Sequence record: NC_106597.1
Direction: 5' to 3' (one strand)
Source of the DNA: Escherichia phage BB1
DNA: 64,000 bases
Part shown: positions 25,715-34,660 of the stretch, piece by piece
Layout of the letters: every line of letters begins with the position of its first letter
How positions within the stretch are numbered: position 1 is the first letter of the stretch
Notes under the pieces: model-generated
Database searches by the model: none
Seen by the model: only the letters and a program-made list of their open reading frames with translations
What the model was told of the DNA's origin: nothing
Made by a program: the position numbers and the translations under genes

Positions 25715-26143
25715 ATGTTCAATAATGTATTTTCTAAAGAAGCTAACCCAATATTGGTTAATTTTTGGCGTACTCTTCCAGCCAACCTGTACAACGAGGC
25801 TATTAATGCTCTGAAAATATGGTGTGAGAATAATGAAATCTCCTTTGCTTTTAAAGGTGAGATTGAAGAGGCTCCCTGTATTGGTTTAATTGTGCAGGTA
25901 GAGGATGGTCTTGAAGAGATTGTCGGCTGGAAAGAGCTAGATGAAATGGGCTTGGTTTTTGCGTTAAACTATAAGCTGTTTATGCCTAATAAACACCGTA
26001 TTGTTGTTAACTATAAAACCAATGAATCTCCTGGTTTTCAAGTTAATGAACATTACGGTTGGTCTTACTCACCGGAAGAGGTAAATGATGGTATCCAGAA
26101 ACTTCGTCGTTTTGGTTATCAGATTCCTGGTTTAACTGCCTAA
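25715..26143 (+). CDS. hypothetical protein, paralog A of a tandem pair
   Basis: Shares pattern PCIG...W.EL.EMGL.FALN..LF.P...Y.PE...L.R.GY.IPGL with 26153-26545. Confidence 0.55.
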   Translation: MFNNVFSKEANPILVNFWRTLPANLYNEAINALKIWCENNEISFAFKGEIEEAPCIGLIVQVEDGLEEIVGWKELDEMGLVFALNYKLFMPNKHRIVVNYKTNESPGFQVNEHYGWSYSPEEVNDGIQKLRRFGYQIPGLTA

Positions 26144-26152
26144 GGGGGCACA

Positions 26153-26545
26153 ATGGAACAAGTATATTGGCGTCAGATTGATCCTAGTTTGGTGAAGCGT
26201 GCGGAGAAGCTGCTACAACGTTGGTTGGGGGTAAGACAAGCCTCCTTCACTTTTCCGGAGCAGCAAATAGACGATCCCTGTATTGGTGTTTTCCTATCAG
26301 GCTACGCTAGGGAATGGGAATTGGATTGGAATGAGTTGTCTGCTATGGGTTTAATTGTTGCACTAAATTTCTCTTTGTTCCATCCACGTGGTTTGGCCAT
26401 ATGTCGTGTGCCTGATGACGGTTGTTCGCCCCATCTTTTACAGGTGGAGGATGATATTTGGGAGTACACTCCAGATATTCTCAAAGAAGCTAAAGAACAG
26501 TTAAACCGTGTTGGGATCTATGTTCCAGGCCTGAATGATGAATGA
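26153..26545 (+). CDS. hypothetical protein, paralog B of a tandem pair
   Basis: Alignable by eye to 25715-26143 over most of its length. Confidence 0.55.
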   Translation: MEQVYWRQIDPSLVKRAEKLLQRWLGVRQASFTFPEQQIDDPCIGVFLSGYAREWELDWNELSAMGLIVALNFSLFHPRGLAICRVPDDGCSPHLLQVEDDIWEYTPDILKEAKEQLNRVGIYVPGLNDE

Positions 26546-26636
26546 TTTTTATTAGCTGAAATTTGTAATCCGGGCTATTAGTGCTCGGATTATTACATAA
26601 TCTTTCCAGTCGATTAACAGTCAAAATAAATTGTCG

Positions 26637-26665
26637 TTGACAATTTGGATGGATTATGTAATAAT
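26637..26665 (+). promoter_or_regulatory. sigma70-type promoter (TTGACA -35) upstream of HNH endonuclease
   Basis: TTGACA 26637-26642, 17-bp spacer, AATAAT -10. Confidence 0.5.
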
Positions 26666-26684
26666 ATATGTATTGGAGGTGAGG

Positions 26685-27137
26685 ATGTCATTCACACAGC
26701 AAGAACTTTTAGATAACTTCCGATATGAAGATGGTAAGTTATTTAGAACTACAGGAAGAAATGCAGGGAAAGAATGTTGTGTTTCTACGGGTAACGGATA
26801 TTATCGTATATCTCTAGGGAATAGGACTATGCTTCGGCATAGAGCAATATTTTTAATGCATCATGGATACTTACCTGATTTAGTAGATCATGTGAACACT
26901 ATAAAAGGTGATGATCGTATTGAAAACCTTAGAGAGCAGACAGTATCTGGTAATCTAAGAAATATCAAATATAAGAAAGGAATGCATGTTTACCCTTCTG
27001 GTAGTAAGAACTGGCAAGTAGTATTTACTATTAACCGTAAACGTATAGTTAAAGGAACATATGACAACTATGAGGTTGCATGTTCTATGGCCAAGATGTT
27101 TAGAGGTCAATTATACGGTAGGGAATCAATCCAGTAA
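26685..27137 (+). CDS. HNH homing endonuclease (HNH_3 + AP2-like DNA-binding domain)
   Basis: HRAIFLMHHGYLP...VDHVNTIKGDDRIENLREQT motif; start set at MSFTQQ after GGAGGTGAGG RBS. Confidence 0.8.
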   Translation: MSFTQQELLDNFRYEDGKLFRTTGRNAGKECCVSTGNGYYRISLGNRTMLRHRAIFLMHHGYLPDLVDHVNTIKGDDRIENLREQTVSGNLRNIKYKKGMHVYPSGSKNWQVVFTINRKRIVKGTYDNYEVACSMAKMFRGQLYGRESIQ

Positions 27138-27145
27138 AATTTCAT

Positions 27146-27175
27146 TTGCAAGGGAGTATTATTTTATAGTATAAT
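27146..27175 (+). promoter_or_regulatory. early-type promoter (TTGCAA-18-TATAAT) without an adjacent ORF
   Basis: -35 27146-27151, -10 27170-27175; followed by degenerate leader and no start codon for about 500 nt. Confidence 0.5.
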
Positions 27176-27672
27176 ATTCCCATAAATGAGAGACATTAGT
27201 AAAAATTGATTTTGCTAATTTTTCTTGTTTACAATCCGCGATACGGAACAGTTAGGCTGCCCCATTAAGGGTTGTTTTAACTGTTACGTGTTAGTTTTTA
27301 AACAAATAGTTAATAGAATACTTAGCGATCTGCGTCCCGTAGGAACCCTGGTAAGGCCTCGAAGCAACCTAGATAGAGGTGGTTGTGAAGTGAGACGGGA
27401 GGAGTGAAAAACTCCGAGACGTGATTCTGTAAGTTATATTGCATCTAGTATGAGCTAGTATATGAAGCATTAGGTGAGCAAATCTGGCTTAGCGGCCATC
27501 CTCAAGGATTTGTGCGGTATAGCAAAGCAGCAGCGCAGCGTGAAAGTGGAAGTTGCCACCCCACTTCAGTATTTGCAATTAATTTGTTGAGAAATTGACA
27601 GTAACAGTTGTTCTATTCTTTCTGAATAGTCCTAAAGAAAACTTATTTCATTTCCAACACAGGAGTATTGTT
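27176..27672 (+). other. long untranslated segment; candidate structured RNA or regulatory leader
   Basis: About 500 nt without a credible RBS+ORF, several GC-rich hairpins (e.g. ggagt-gaaaa-actcc at 27401-27415), GC-richer than typical intergenic DNA here. Confidence 0.3.
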
Positions 27673-30459
27673 GTGTTTTCAATCCTACAAGGTCATGCAG
27701 GATTTCATCGCGATTTAGCCACAGGCAATTGGCGAGAAGTTAAGGCAGAAGATTATCTTTTTGCTAAAAGATTTTCCTCAAAGCATCCTGAAGGTAAACC
27801 AGCTTCAATGCCCTTCAAGTTTGATGTAATTGATGAAGTTGATCCTCAAACCCTAGTAGAAATGCTTCCTCTTATGAGACGTTTAACGTCTGACCCTCAT
27901 ATCGTTGCGGTACGAGGTCGATGTCTTGCACCTAAAAATAATGTGCGACGTAAGAAGGGCAACTTTAATGTATCTAACCCAAGTCATATAATTGCAATGG
28001 ACGTGGATGGTATTGTAGATACAGGTGGTTGTAACAAGTTTGATCTTGTTGGCATGGCTCGACATATTATTAGGATGTTAAATAGTATTAGTGAGGATAT
28101 GTTTCCTCTTGATGCAGGGTTTATTGCTCATGCATCGTCTTCGGCCGGACTAAAACCAGGTATCCGAATGCACTTAATACTAGAATCTAATGTTAAAGTA
28201 ACTCAGGGTCAAATCAAATTCTTATTTACATCTATCAACGAAAGTAGTAGACAAAAGTATGGCTTTGATATTGCCGACTTAGCTTATTACTCTTCTGTAC
28301 AGCTCCATTACTTTGCAGATCCTTTATTTATTGATGGTATAGTTGATCCGTTTAAAGCGGAGGGTGCTTCACGTCTGGTATTTGTTAAAGGCTCAAAAGT
28401 AAATTTACCTAATAATCTAGTTGACTATGAAACAACTAGAGGAGAGTTTAAAGAGGAATTCTACTCCCTACTCGATCAAATTAAAGGTAAAAAAGCTGCC
28501 TCTGATAAAGTAGAAGAAACCATCAGCGAATTAGAAGAAGCTGAGGATGGTGTATATCTACGTATTATTCCTAAACTCTATCACCGAGCACTAGAGGATG
28601 GTGTAGATTTTGGCTGGCTAGAGAAGGAGATCCGCCCAGCTTTATCTGAGTATATTGCAACTAAAGATAATAGTCGTAATATTCAAGATTACTTTAATAA
28701 CGGTCGAAAACAGGCTCTGAAAGCATTTGTTAATAATTCTAAACGTGATATACCTGATGTTTTAAAAGGTATTCCGCTTAAAAAGCTAGAAACTAACTCT
28801 CTAGAAACAGATAATTTCCTGAAATTAAACACTGTACCACCAGAAGGTTACATGACTTTTGTAAAAGCAAGTCTAGGCACAGGTAAAACCACGGCGGTTG
28901 TGCGTTGGTTAGATTCAGGGGTTATTAAAGGTAATTTCTTAGCAATTACCAATACTAGAGCACTGGTATCTTCAAATGCCAAGAAATTTAGTGCAGGACA
29001 ATATGATAAGTCTGTAGATATGCTTAATTTTAAGCGTGGTGCTATTGACCGTATGTCCACAACTATCCACTCTTTACATAAGTTTAAGAGTTTTATTGGC
29101 CAAATTGATGCAATCTTTATCGATGAATGTGATGCAGTAATGAATGACCTATTATTCGCCCCGGTTGTTAAGCAACGTCGCGAGTGTATTCAGGTTCTTC
29201 GGGATATTCTTGCAACTGCGAAAATAATTATATTATCTGATGGGGATATTAGTGCAGAAACAATTGAAGCATATGGTTCTTTGATTGAATTTGATAAACC
29301 GGTCGCATTTTATAATCATCATCGTAAGATGCTGTCAAAAGCTCATGCTTATGAGTTCCCTGATGAATCCAGTATTTGGGTTGCACTCCAGACTTCTCTA
29401 GAGATGGGTGAGAAATCTATTCTAGTATCTGATTGTGGTCCTGATGAGCTGAATGAGAAGGGTATGGCACTGCGTCGTAATACGGGTGCGTTAGTTAAGG
29501 AAATCCATTCAAACTCCACCTCAGATGTGGATATTCGACGTATTCTGGATTATACAACTAATGAGCTAATTGATCAACAAATTGATTGCTTATTATGTAG
29601 TCCATCCGTAACGAGTGGCGTTGACTTTAACTATTTCGATAATGTATTTGTTATTACTAGAACCAGTAATCAAGCGCCAAACATGCGTTTTCAAGCAATC
29701 AGGCGCGACCGTGGTGCTCAGAATATCTATTATTTTATTGATAAATCTACGAGTGGATTCTCCGCAGGTTCTGAACAATATAACATTGATGAAGGTTGGC
29801 TGGAGTTAGCACAGCAATTATACGCACGTCGCAGGGAGCTGGAATCTAGGAACTATACTAGTACTTTACGTTATTACTTGCTTGATCAGGGTGCAACTAT
29901 TGATATTTTCAGCGAAAGCTGGGGAACTATTGAAGGTGCTGGTAAAGAATATACAGAAGAGCGAATCAAAGCTATTCTGCATTCAACTCCAGATTATTGT
30001 GCTCCACGTCATGCGGATGCATATGAAGCTAAACTACTTCTTGTTCGCTATTACCATCTTGAGTCTATTAAAGATGTAACAGTTGAGCATGTTGAACAAT
30101 ATATCAAAGATAAACCAAATGATCGAGCTGCATTCTTCCATAAGATGCACGAGATGTTCTGGGAAGACATTAAGAAGTGTTCAAATGTAACCATTAAACC
30201 ATTCATAGAAGCTCTGAAAGGTAAGAAGAAAGACTTCTTCCTTAAAACAGGTCAGAGTGCTAACCCAAAATATGCTAGAATGTATCTTGGTATGATGGGT
30301 ATTGGTAAGGATATGAACACTGAAAATATCGTAGACTGGTACAGAACCTATTGTAAAATCGAATGTATGCCAATTCCTTTCAAATTCATGACAGAGGAAG
30401 AGAAAGCTATGGCAGAAGAAGTAATGTCCGAACTTGGAGCAACTAATGAAGATGCATAA
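27673..30459 (+). CDS. putative primase-polymerase (AEP-like N-domain) fused to P-loop NTPase/helicase
   Basis: N-terminal IIAMDVDG and SSSAGLKPGIRMHL resemble AEP motifs; Walker A LGTGKTT, Walker B IFIDECD; start set at GTG 27673 7 nt after AGGAG. Confidence 0.6.
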   Translation: MFSILQGHAGFHRDLATGNWREVKAEDYLFAKRFSSKHPEGKPASMPFKFDVIDEVDPQTLVEMLPLMRRLTSDPHIVAVRGRCLAPKNNVRRKKGNFNVSNPSHIIAMDVDGIVDTGGCNKFDLVGMARHIIRMLNSISEDMFPLDAGFIAHASSSAGLKPGIRMHLILESNVKVTQGQIKFLFTSINESSRQKYGFDIADLAYYSSVQLHYFADPLFIDGIVDPFKAEGASRLVFVKGSKVNLPNNLVDYETTRGEFKEEFYSLLDQIKGKKAASDKVEETISELEEAEDGVYLRIIPKLYHRALEDGVDFGWLEKEIRPALSEYIATKDNSRNIQDYFNNGRKQALKAFVNNSKRDIPDVLKGIPLKKLETNSLETDNFLKLNTVPPEGYMTFVKASLGTGKTTAVVRWLDSGVIKGNFLAITNTRALVSSNAKKFSAGQYDKSVDMLNFKRGAIDRMSTTIHSLHKFKSFIGQIDAIFIDECDAVMNDLLFAPVVKQRRECIQVLRDILATAKIIILSDGDISAETIEAYGSLIEFDKPVAFYNHHRKMLSKAHAYEFPDESSIWVALQTSLEMGEKSILVSDCGPDELNEKGMALRRNTGALVKEIHSNSTSDVDIRRILDYTTNELIDQQIDCLLCSPSVTSGVDFNYFDNVFVITRTSNQAPNMRFQAIRRDRGAQNIYYFIDKSTSGFSAGSEQYNIDEGWLELAQQLYARRRELESRNYTSTLRYYLLDQGATIDIFSESWGTIEGAGKEYTEERIKAILHSTPDYCAPRHADAYEAKLLLVRYYHLESIKDVTVEHVEQYIKDKPNDRAAFFHKMHEMFWEDIKKCSNVTIKPFIEALKGKKKDFFLKTGQSANPKYARMYLGMMGIGKDMNTENIVDWYRTYCKIECMPIPFKFMTEEEKAMAEEVMSELGATNEDA

Positions 30460-30964
30460 ACCAATGCCTCCTATGGAATTTATCCTAGAAAAGCTTAGGT
30501 ATGACGAAAGTACTGGGGACTTAATTTGGTTATCTGGCCCAAGGAAGGGAAAGGTAGCGGGCTCCAAAATGAAAACTGGGAGACAGCTAGAGTTTACGAT
30601 AAATGGGGAGCGGACAGCTTACTTAGCCCATAGAATAATCTGGTTTATAAAGACAGGCGAAGATCCTGGAGATAAAACTATCGACCATAAAGACGGTGAT
30701 AGTTTAAACAACTTGTGGGATAATTTACGTAAGGCTACCTATTCCGAAAATGGAAAGAATAAGAAGTGTTCTACTAATTCTACCGGATTCACTGGAGTTG
30801 TAAAACGAGGTAATAGGTATATGGCCTACGCTTACTGCGATGGAAAGCAGCATATTTTTGGTAGACGAGATACCCCGGAAGAAGCCCATCAGCTATACCT
30901 TAGGGGAGTTAAAGAGCTGTTTGGTGAATTTAATCCCTCGGAGAGATATGACAGTGAAGAATAA
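30446..30964 (+). CDS. HNH homing endonuclease (second copy, HNH_3 + AP2-like)
   Basis: AHRIIWFIKTGEDPGDKTIDHKDGDSLNNLWDNLR motif and GFTGV...AY AP2-like region; GGAG RBS; overlaps 3' end of upstream gene. Confidence 0.75.
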   Translation: MKMHKPMPPMEFILEKLRYDESTGDLIWLSGPRKGKVAGSKMKTGRQLEFTINGERTAYLAHRIIWFIKTGEDPGDKTIDHKDGDSLNNLWDNLRKATYSENGKNKKCSTNSTGFTGVVKRGNRYMAYAYCDGKQHIFGRRDTPEEAHQLYLRGVKELFGEFNPSERYDSEE

Positions 30965-31181
30965 AAAATGGGAAACAAGGAAGTTCCCAGTAAAAGAGCG
31001 TAAAGTTCCTGTTTACGACACTTCGGAAAAGCTATGTAGGGTGGTACCACATAGATTAGCTGGCATCCCTAACATATCCGAGTGGTTACTTAAACAACGG
31101 AAAACAAACGTGTCTCTTCGCATCGGCTTTGAATTAGATAAAGTCTATGCTGAACTTGCTTCTTTGCTCAAGGAATCGTAA
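30948..31181 (+). CDS. hypothetical small protein (77 aa)
   Basis: Start set at MTVKNKKW with GGAGAGAT RBS; overlaps HNH 3' end in another frame. Confidence 0.45.
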   Translation: MTVKNKKWETRKFPVKERKVPVYDTSEKLCRVVPHRLAGIPNISEWLLKQRKTNVSLRIGFELDKVYAELASLLKES

Positions 31182-31189
31182 AAATTTAT

Positions 31190-31218
31190 TTGCTTTCAGG
31201 AAAATTTTTCTGTATAAT
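31190..31218 (+). promoter_or_regulatory. early promoter (TTGCTT-17-TATAAT)
   Basis: -35 31190-31195, -10 31213-31218; conserved leader attcataaatttgagagagg. Confidence 0.7.
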
Positions 31219-31249
31219 AGATTCATAAATTTGAGAGAGGAGTTTAAAT

Positions 31250-31951
31250 ATGGCTGGTTCTCGCAGAAAGAAACATATCCATGAAATCCCGGATGAAGTC
31301 TTCAAAAAGGTTATAGAGCATCTAGAGAACGGTGGTACTAAGAAAGCAGCATGTGAAATGCTCGGCGTATCATCCAATCCAACTATGGAAAGGATGATTG
31401 AAGAATGGCAAGACCGCCAGATCCAAGTTGCCGAAATGAAGAAAAAGAAACGTGGCACACTCATTGAAGGCATCGAGTTAGCCAACGTTATTGAACAGTA
31501 TTTATCTGGTGATTCTTTTGAAGAGATTGCCGATCGTAATTATCGCTCTGTAGCAATGGTTAAATCTGTTCTGGAACGCTACGGTGCTCTACTTCGTTTG
31601 AATGATATTGTGGATCCATTGAATCCTCCGATTATTCCTGATGATGCTGTAGCAGAAGAATTTGCAGTTGGTGAGCTTGTTTGGGTTCCTGGATACCAGT
31701 GTATTGGTGAAATCAAAAAAGCAATGGATAACCCTGTTGGTTGTTACCGTGTATGGCTTTTATCAGAAGGCAAACAACAGAACGTTCATTATATGAATTA
31801 CGAGCTGGCTTCTGTTAAACATCTGGAAAAGCTAGGGGTTGATGTAAAATCTCTGGGATACAAGTGGACTCGTGAAGAAGTAATTTCGTTGATTAACGAA
31901 GCTGTTAAGGCTGCCCTGAAACTTGATAAAGAAAAAAGGAAAACGCCGTGA
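31250..31951 (+). CDS. putative DNA-binding protein with N-terminal helix-turn-helix
   Basis: HTH-like segment GGTKKAACEMLGVSSNPTMERMI; no other recognisable domain. Confidence 0.5.
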   Translation: MAGSRRKKHIHEIPDEVFKKVIEHLENGGTKKAACEMLGVSSNPTMERMIEEWQDRQIQVAEMKKKKRGTLIEGIELANVIEQYLSGDSFEEIADRNYRSVAMVKSVLERYGALLRLNDIVDPLNPPIIPDDAVAEEFAVGELVWVPGYQCIGEIKKAMDNPVGCYRVWLLSEGKQQNVHYMNYELASVKHLEKLGVDVKSLGYKWTREEVISLINEAVKAALKLDKEKRKTP

Positions 31952-32193
31952 GTAAACTAACAGATTTACTGAAAGCTGGGGACGTAAAATATCTCCAGCG
32001 AGATTGCTGGAAAAACGATAAAAACTTTATGCTTCTTTTTGAGTTTAATGTTGACAATGATACCATCAAAAGTTTTGCACCATTGCCCACAGGTATTTTT
32101 GAAAATTTTAAACGATCACATAAGCAAGATGTGGAGTTAACTTTAGAAGAAATTCTAGCGGATGATTGGGAGATTGTTGAGCTAGATGTGTAG
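31948..32193 (+). CDS. hypothetical protein (81 aa)
   Basis: ORF overlapping upstream stop (ATGA). Confidence 0.5.
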   Translation: MSKLTDLLKAGDVKYLQRDCWKNDKNFMLLFEFNVDNDTIKSFAPLPTGIFENFKRSHKQDVELTLEEILADDWEIVELDV

Positions 32194-32213
32194 CAATTAC
32201 CGAAAAATTTCAG

Positions 32214-32242
32214 TTGCTTAATCCTATAATTCTTGATATAAT
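32214..32242 (+). promoter_or_regulatory. early promoter (TTGCTT-17-TATAAT)
   Basis: -35 32214-32219, -10 32237-32242. Confidence 0.6.
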
Positions 32243-32299
32243 ATTCTCATAGTTTGAAAGAACTATTCTGTTTAATTCTTAATTAAGGAAATATAAAAT

Positions 32300-32710
32300 A
32301 TGACTACTCCAACTCAGTGGACTGATGAACTGTTCGAAAAAATGTCTTCCGAATACGTTGCTCGTATGGAGCAATTCCCAGAGGATGAACGTCCGGGTGT
32401 TAGCATGGAAATTGTTAGCGAAATTGCTCAGGAAAATGGTGTAACTCCGAACGGTTTTCGTATGAAGTTGACCAAAGCAGGTGTATATATCAAGAAAGCT
32501 GCTGGCTCTGCTTCTAAATCTAGCGCATCTACTGGAGAAAAGGCTTCTGGTGGTTCTCGTACTTCCAAAGCCCAAGCTCATGCCGACCTTCGTTCAGCAT
32601 TCTCTGATGCTGGCTTAGCCCCAGATTTTCTGGATGATGCAATTATCGACAAACTGACCGGTAAAGCGGCTGCTCATCTGGCAGAAGCAATCCGAGCTAT
32701 CACTAAGTAA
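32300..32710 (+). CDS. hypothetical protein (136 aa)
   Basis: ORF with AAGGAAAT RBS. Confidence 0.55.
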   Translation: MTTPTQWTDELFEKMSSEYVARMEQFPEDERPGVSMEIVSEIAQENGVTPNGFRMKLTKAGVYIKKAAGSASKSSASTGEKASGGSRTSKAQAHADLRSAFSDAGLAPDFLDDAIIDKLTGKAAAHLAEAIRAITK

Positions 32711-32746
32711 TTTTAGATAAATCCACCAACAAAAGGAACTACAGTT

Positions 32747-33043
32747 ATGACCAAAGCTGAAATTATCGCACAATGTGAAAAATTTGGTGAGTTTTATCTT
32801 CATTACGAGAAACTTCGTCAGAAAGGAACCACGTACCTTCAGGGTACGATGGAATTTGATCCAGCCCAAGATAAATATCTGGCTGAGCGTATTAAACGTG
32901 AACGTATTCGTAAAGCGAAAGATGATGAGATCCTTGTCTTCTCTCGTACTAATGATAGCTTCCGTTTTATTCCTGTCGAAAAAGTCCGTCGTGTGACTAG
33001 CCTCCAATCAGAGTTAGATCGTGCTTCTCCAGTAGGCCGATAA
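32747..33043 (+). CDS. hypothetical protein (98 aa)
   Basis: ORF with AAAAGGAAC RBS. Confidence 0.5.
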   Translation: MTKAEIIAQCEKFGEFYLHYEKLRQKGTTYLQGTMEFDPAQDKYLAERIKRERIRKAKDDEILVFSRTNDSFRFIPVEKVRRVTSLQSELDRASPVGR

Positions 33044-33053
33044 GAAACCAATT

Positions 33054-33077
33054 AGCCCCTATATGGGGCTTTTTGTG
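33054..33077 (+). terminator. rho-independent terminator
   Basis: agcccct-atat-ggggct hairpin followed by TTTTTGTG. Confidence 0.65.
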
Positions 33078-33093
33078 TATTTGGGATATGTAA

Positions 33094-33402
33094 ATGAGCG
33101 AACAGGTAAATCAAAACTATGAAGGACACGTTGATGACCAGTCCATCATACTTTGGGAGAAGGAGGGAGAACAAGTAAGACTAACAGTATCTGAATTTCG
33201 TGGGAATCTATACATGGGTATTCGTTACTGGCTTCTTGATATTAATGATGAATGGTTTCCAACGAAATCTGGCTTCTCTTTTCCTTACACCCTAGAAACA
33301 ACATCACAGCTTTTCTATGCGTTTACACAGATTCTTAGCGAATCTGAGGTTTTACATGAAGTACAGAAACGAGCTGAAGAACTCAAAGCCAAGAATGCCT
33401 AG
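33094..33402 (+). CDS. PC4-like (transcriptional coactivator p15 fold) ssDNA-binding protein
   Basis: Segment VRLTVSEFRGNLYMGIRYW...FPTKSGFSF matches the PC4/YdbC pattern (...FKGK.LIDIREYW...KGIS). Confidence 0.55.
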   Translation: MSEQVNQNYEGHVDDQSIILWEKEGEQVRLTVSEFRGNLYMGIRYWLLDINDEWFPTKSGFSFPYTLETTSQLFYAFTQILSESEVLHEVQKRAEELKAKNA

Positions 33403-33419
33403 TTCTTGGCTTTTTCTTT
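33388..33419 (+). terminator. rho-independent terminator
   Basis: gccaagaa...ttcttggc hairpin followed by TTTTTCTTT. Confidence 0.65.
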
Positions 33420-33429
33420 ATAAATGTAT

Positions 33430-33458
33430 TTGCTTTCAACTCAGTTTTATTATATAAT
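33430..33458 (+). promoter_or_regulatory. early promoter (TTGCTT-17-TATAAT)
   Basis: -35 33430-33435, -10 33453-33458. Confidence 0.65.
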
Positions 33459-33489
33459 ATTTATATAAATTGATGAGAGATATAAATAA

Positions 33490-34461
33490 ATGACTAATGT
33501 AAAAGACTTTATTAAACGCTGTCAAGAAGCATATTATCAAGGTATGTCTTTAATCTCTGATGAGGAGTATGATTGCCTGGTAAAACGCTTCCCATTAGAA
33601 GAAGAGATCGGACCTAAGGGTGATATTCCACATCTATATCGTATGTATTCTTTACAGAAAGTTTATTATAATCGTGGAGATAAACCCCCATTCAACCCAT
33701 TAGGTCAGGTAGAAACTGATAAGTTAGATGGTTGTGCGATTTCTCTGTTATATATTAATGGAGAATTTGTTCAAGCACTAACTCGTGGCAATGGTATTCT
33801 GGGAAATGATGTCACAAGCAACGTAAGATTGCTGAATATCCCTAAAAAGATTTCCCAAAAAATACCTACTCAAATCACTGGTGAAGTTCTAATTACAAAA
33901 GAAGTAGAAAATAAACGTAACTTTGCCTCTGGTGCTATTAACCTCAAAGATAGCGATGATTTCGTACAGCGTATCGGGGAAGGTGGTTTAATCTTCGTCG
34001 CATATGGCATTCAGTGTTCTGCTGAATCTGTAGGTATTACAGAAGCATATTTAAAAGATATGCTTTGGCTGGAGAATGAGAACTTCTTAACAGTTGTTAA
34101 TGTACGTTCCTTCTTTAAATGGATTCCGACGGACGGTAAAGTTGTTCGTATTAATGACAACAACAAATTCTTCCGTGAAGGCTGGACTAATAAATTCCCT
34201 CGCGGGGCGTTCGCTATTAAAGAGGATGAAGAAGGCGAGATTACAACTCTTACTAAAGTTGAATGGCAGGTAGGGGCTTCTGGTAAAGTAACTCCAGTTG
34301 GTTATTTCGAACCGGTAATTATTGATGATGCTACAATTGTTAAAGCGACTCTTAATAACGTTGATTATATTAACTCTCTCGATCTAGAGATCGGTTGCCA
34401 GATTCGAGTGATTCGTGCTGGTGGTGTAATCCCGTGCATAGTAGAGCGAGTATACGATTAA
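33490..34461 (+). CDS. ligA: NAD-dependent DNA ligase, N-terminal (adenylation/OB) subunit
   Basis: KxDG adenylation motif (ETDKLDGCAISLLY), TRGNGILGNDVT; ends before the zinc-finger/HhH/BRCT part. Confidence 0.8.
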   Translation: MTNVKDFIKRCQEAYYQGMSLISDEEYDCLVKRFPLEEEIGPKGDIPHLYRMYSLQKVYYNRGDKPPFNPLGQVETDKLDGCAISLLYINGEFVQALTRGNGILGNDVTSNVRLLNIPKKISQKIPTQITGEVLITKEVENKRNFASGAINLKDSDDFVQRIGEGGLIFVAYGIQCSAESVGITEAYLKDMLWLENENFLTVVNVRSFFKWIPTDGKVVRINDNNKFFREGWTNKFPRGAFAIKEDEEGEITTLTKVEWQVGASGKVTPVGYFEPVIIDDATIVKATLNNVDYINSLDLEIGCQIRVIRAGGVIPCIVERVYD

Positions 34462-34511
34462 TACATAACCCTTTGCTACCCATCTACCATATCGGAATTA
34501 TAAAGTGGTTA

Positions 34512-34540
34512 TTGACATTTTCGCCGCTTAGGTATATACT
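34512..34540 (+). promoter_or_regulatory. sigma70-type promoter (TTGACA-17-TATACT) within the ligase split
   Basis: -35 34512-34517, -10 34535-34540; shares TTGACATTTTCGC with 4782-4794. Confidence 0.5.
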
Positions 34541-34604
34541 ATTATCATTCAGTTGAGGGATAGAAAGTTATGGCGAGGGTAAGCAAAGTTAGTTAAAATT
34601 GTAG

Positions 34605-34633
34605 TTGCTAAATGCTTAAATACTTGCTATAAT
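34605..34633 (+). promoter_or_regulatory. early promoter (TTGCTA-17-TATAAT) upstream of ligase C-terminal subunit
   Basis: -35 34605-34610, -10 34628-34633. Confidence 0.65.
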
Positions 34634-34660
34634 ATTTATATAAATTGATAAGGAAGAAAT

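Noticed and set aside
26546-27672. Group I intron hypothesis (HNH endonuclease plus structured non-coding RNA interrupting a gene)
   Set aside because: The upstream gene (26153-26545) ends with a stop and matches its paralog over full length, and the downstream gene is in a different frame with its own RBS; no split exon is evident. Treated as a free-standing HNH with a separate untranslated region.
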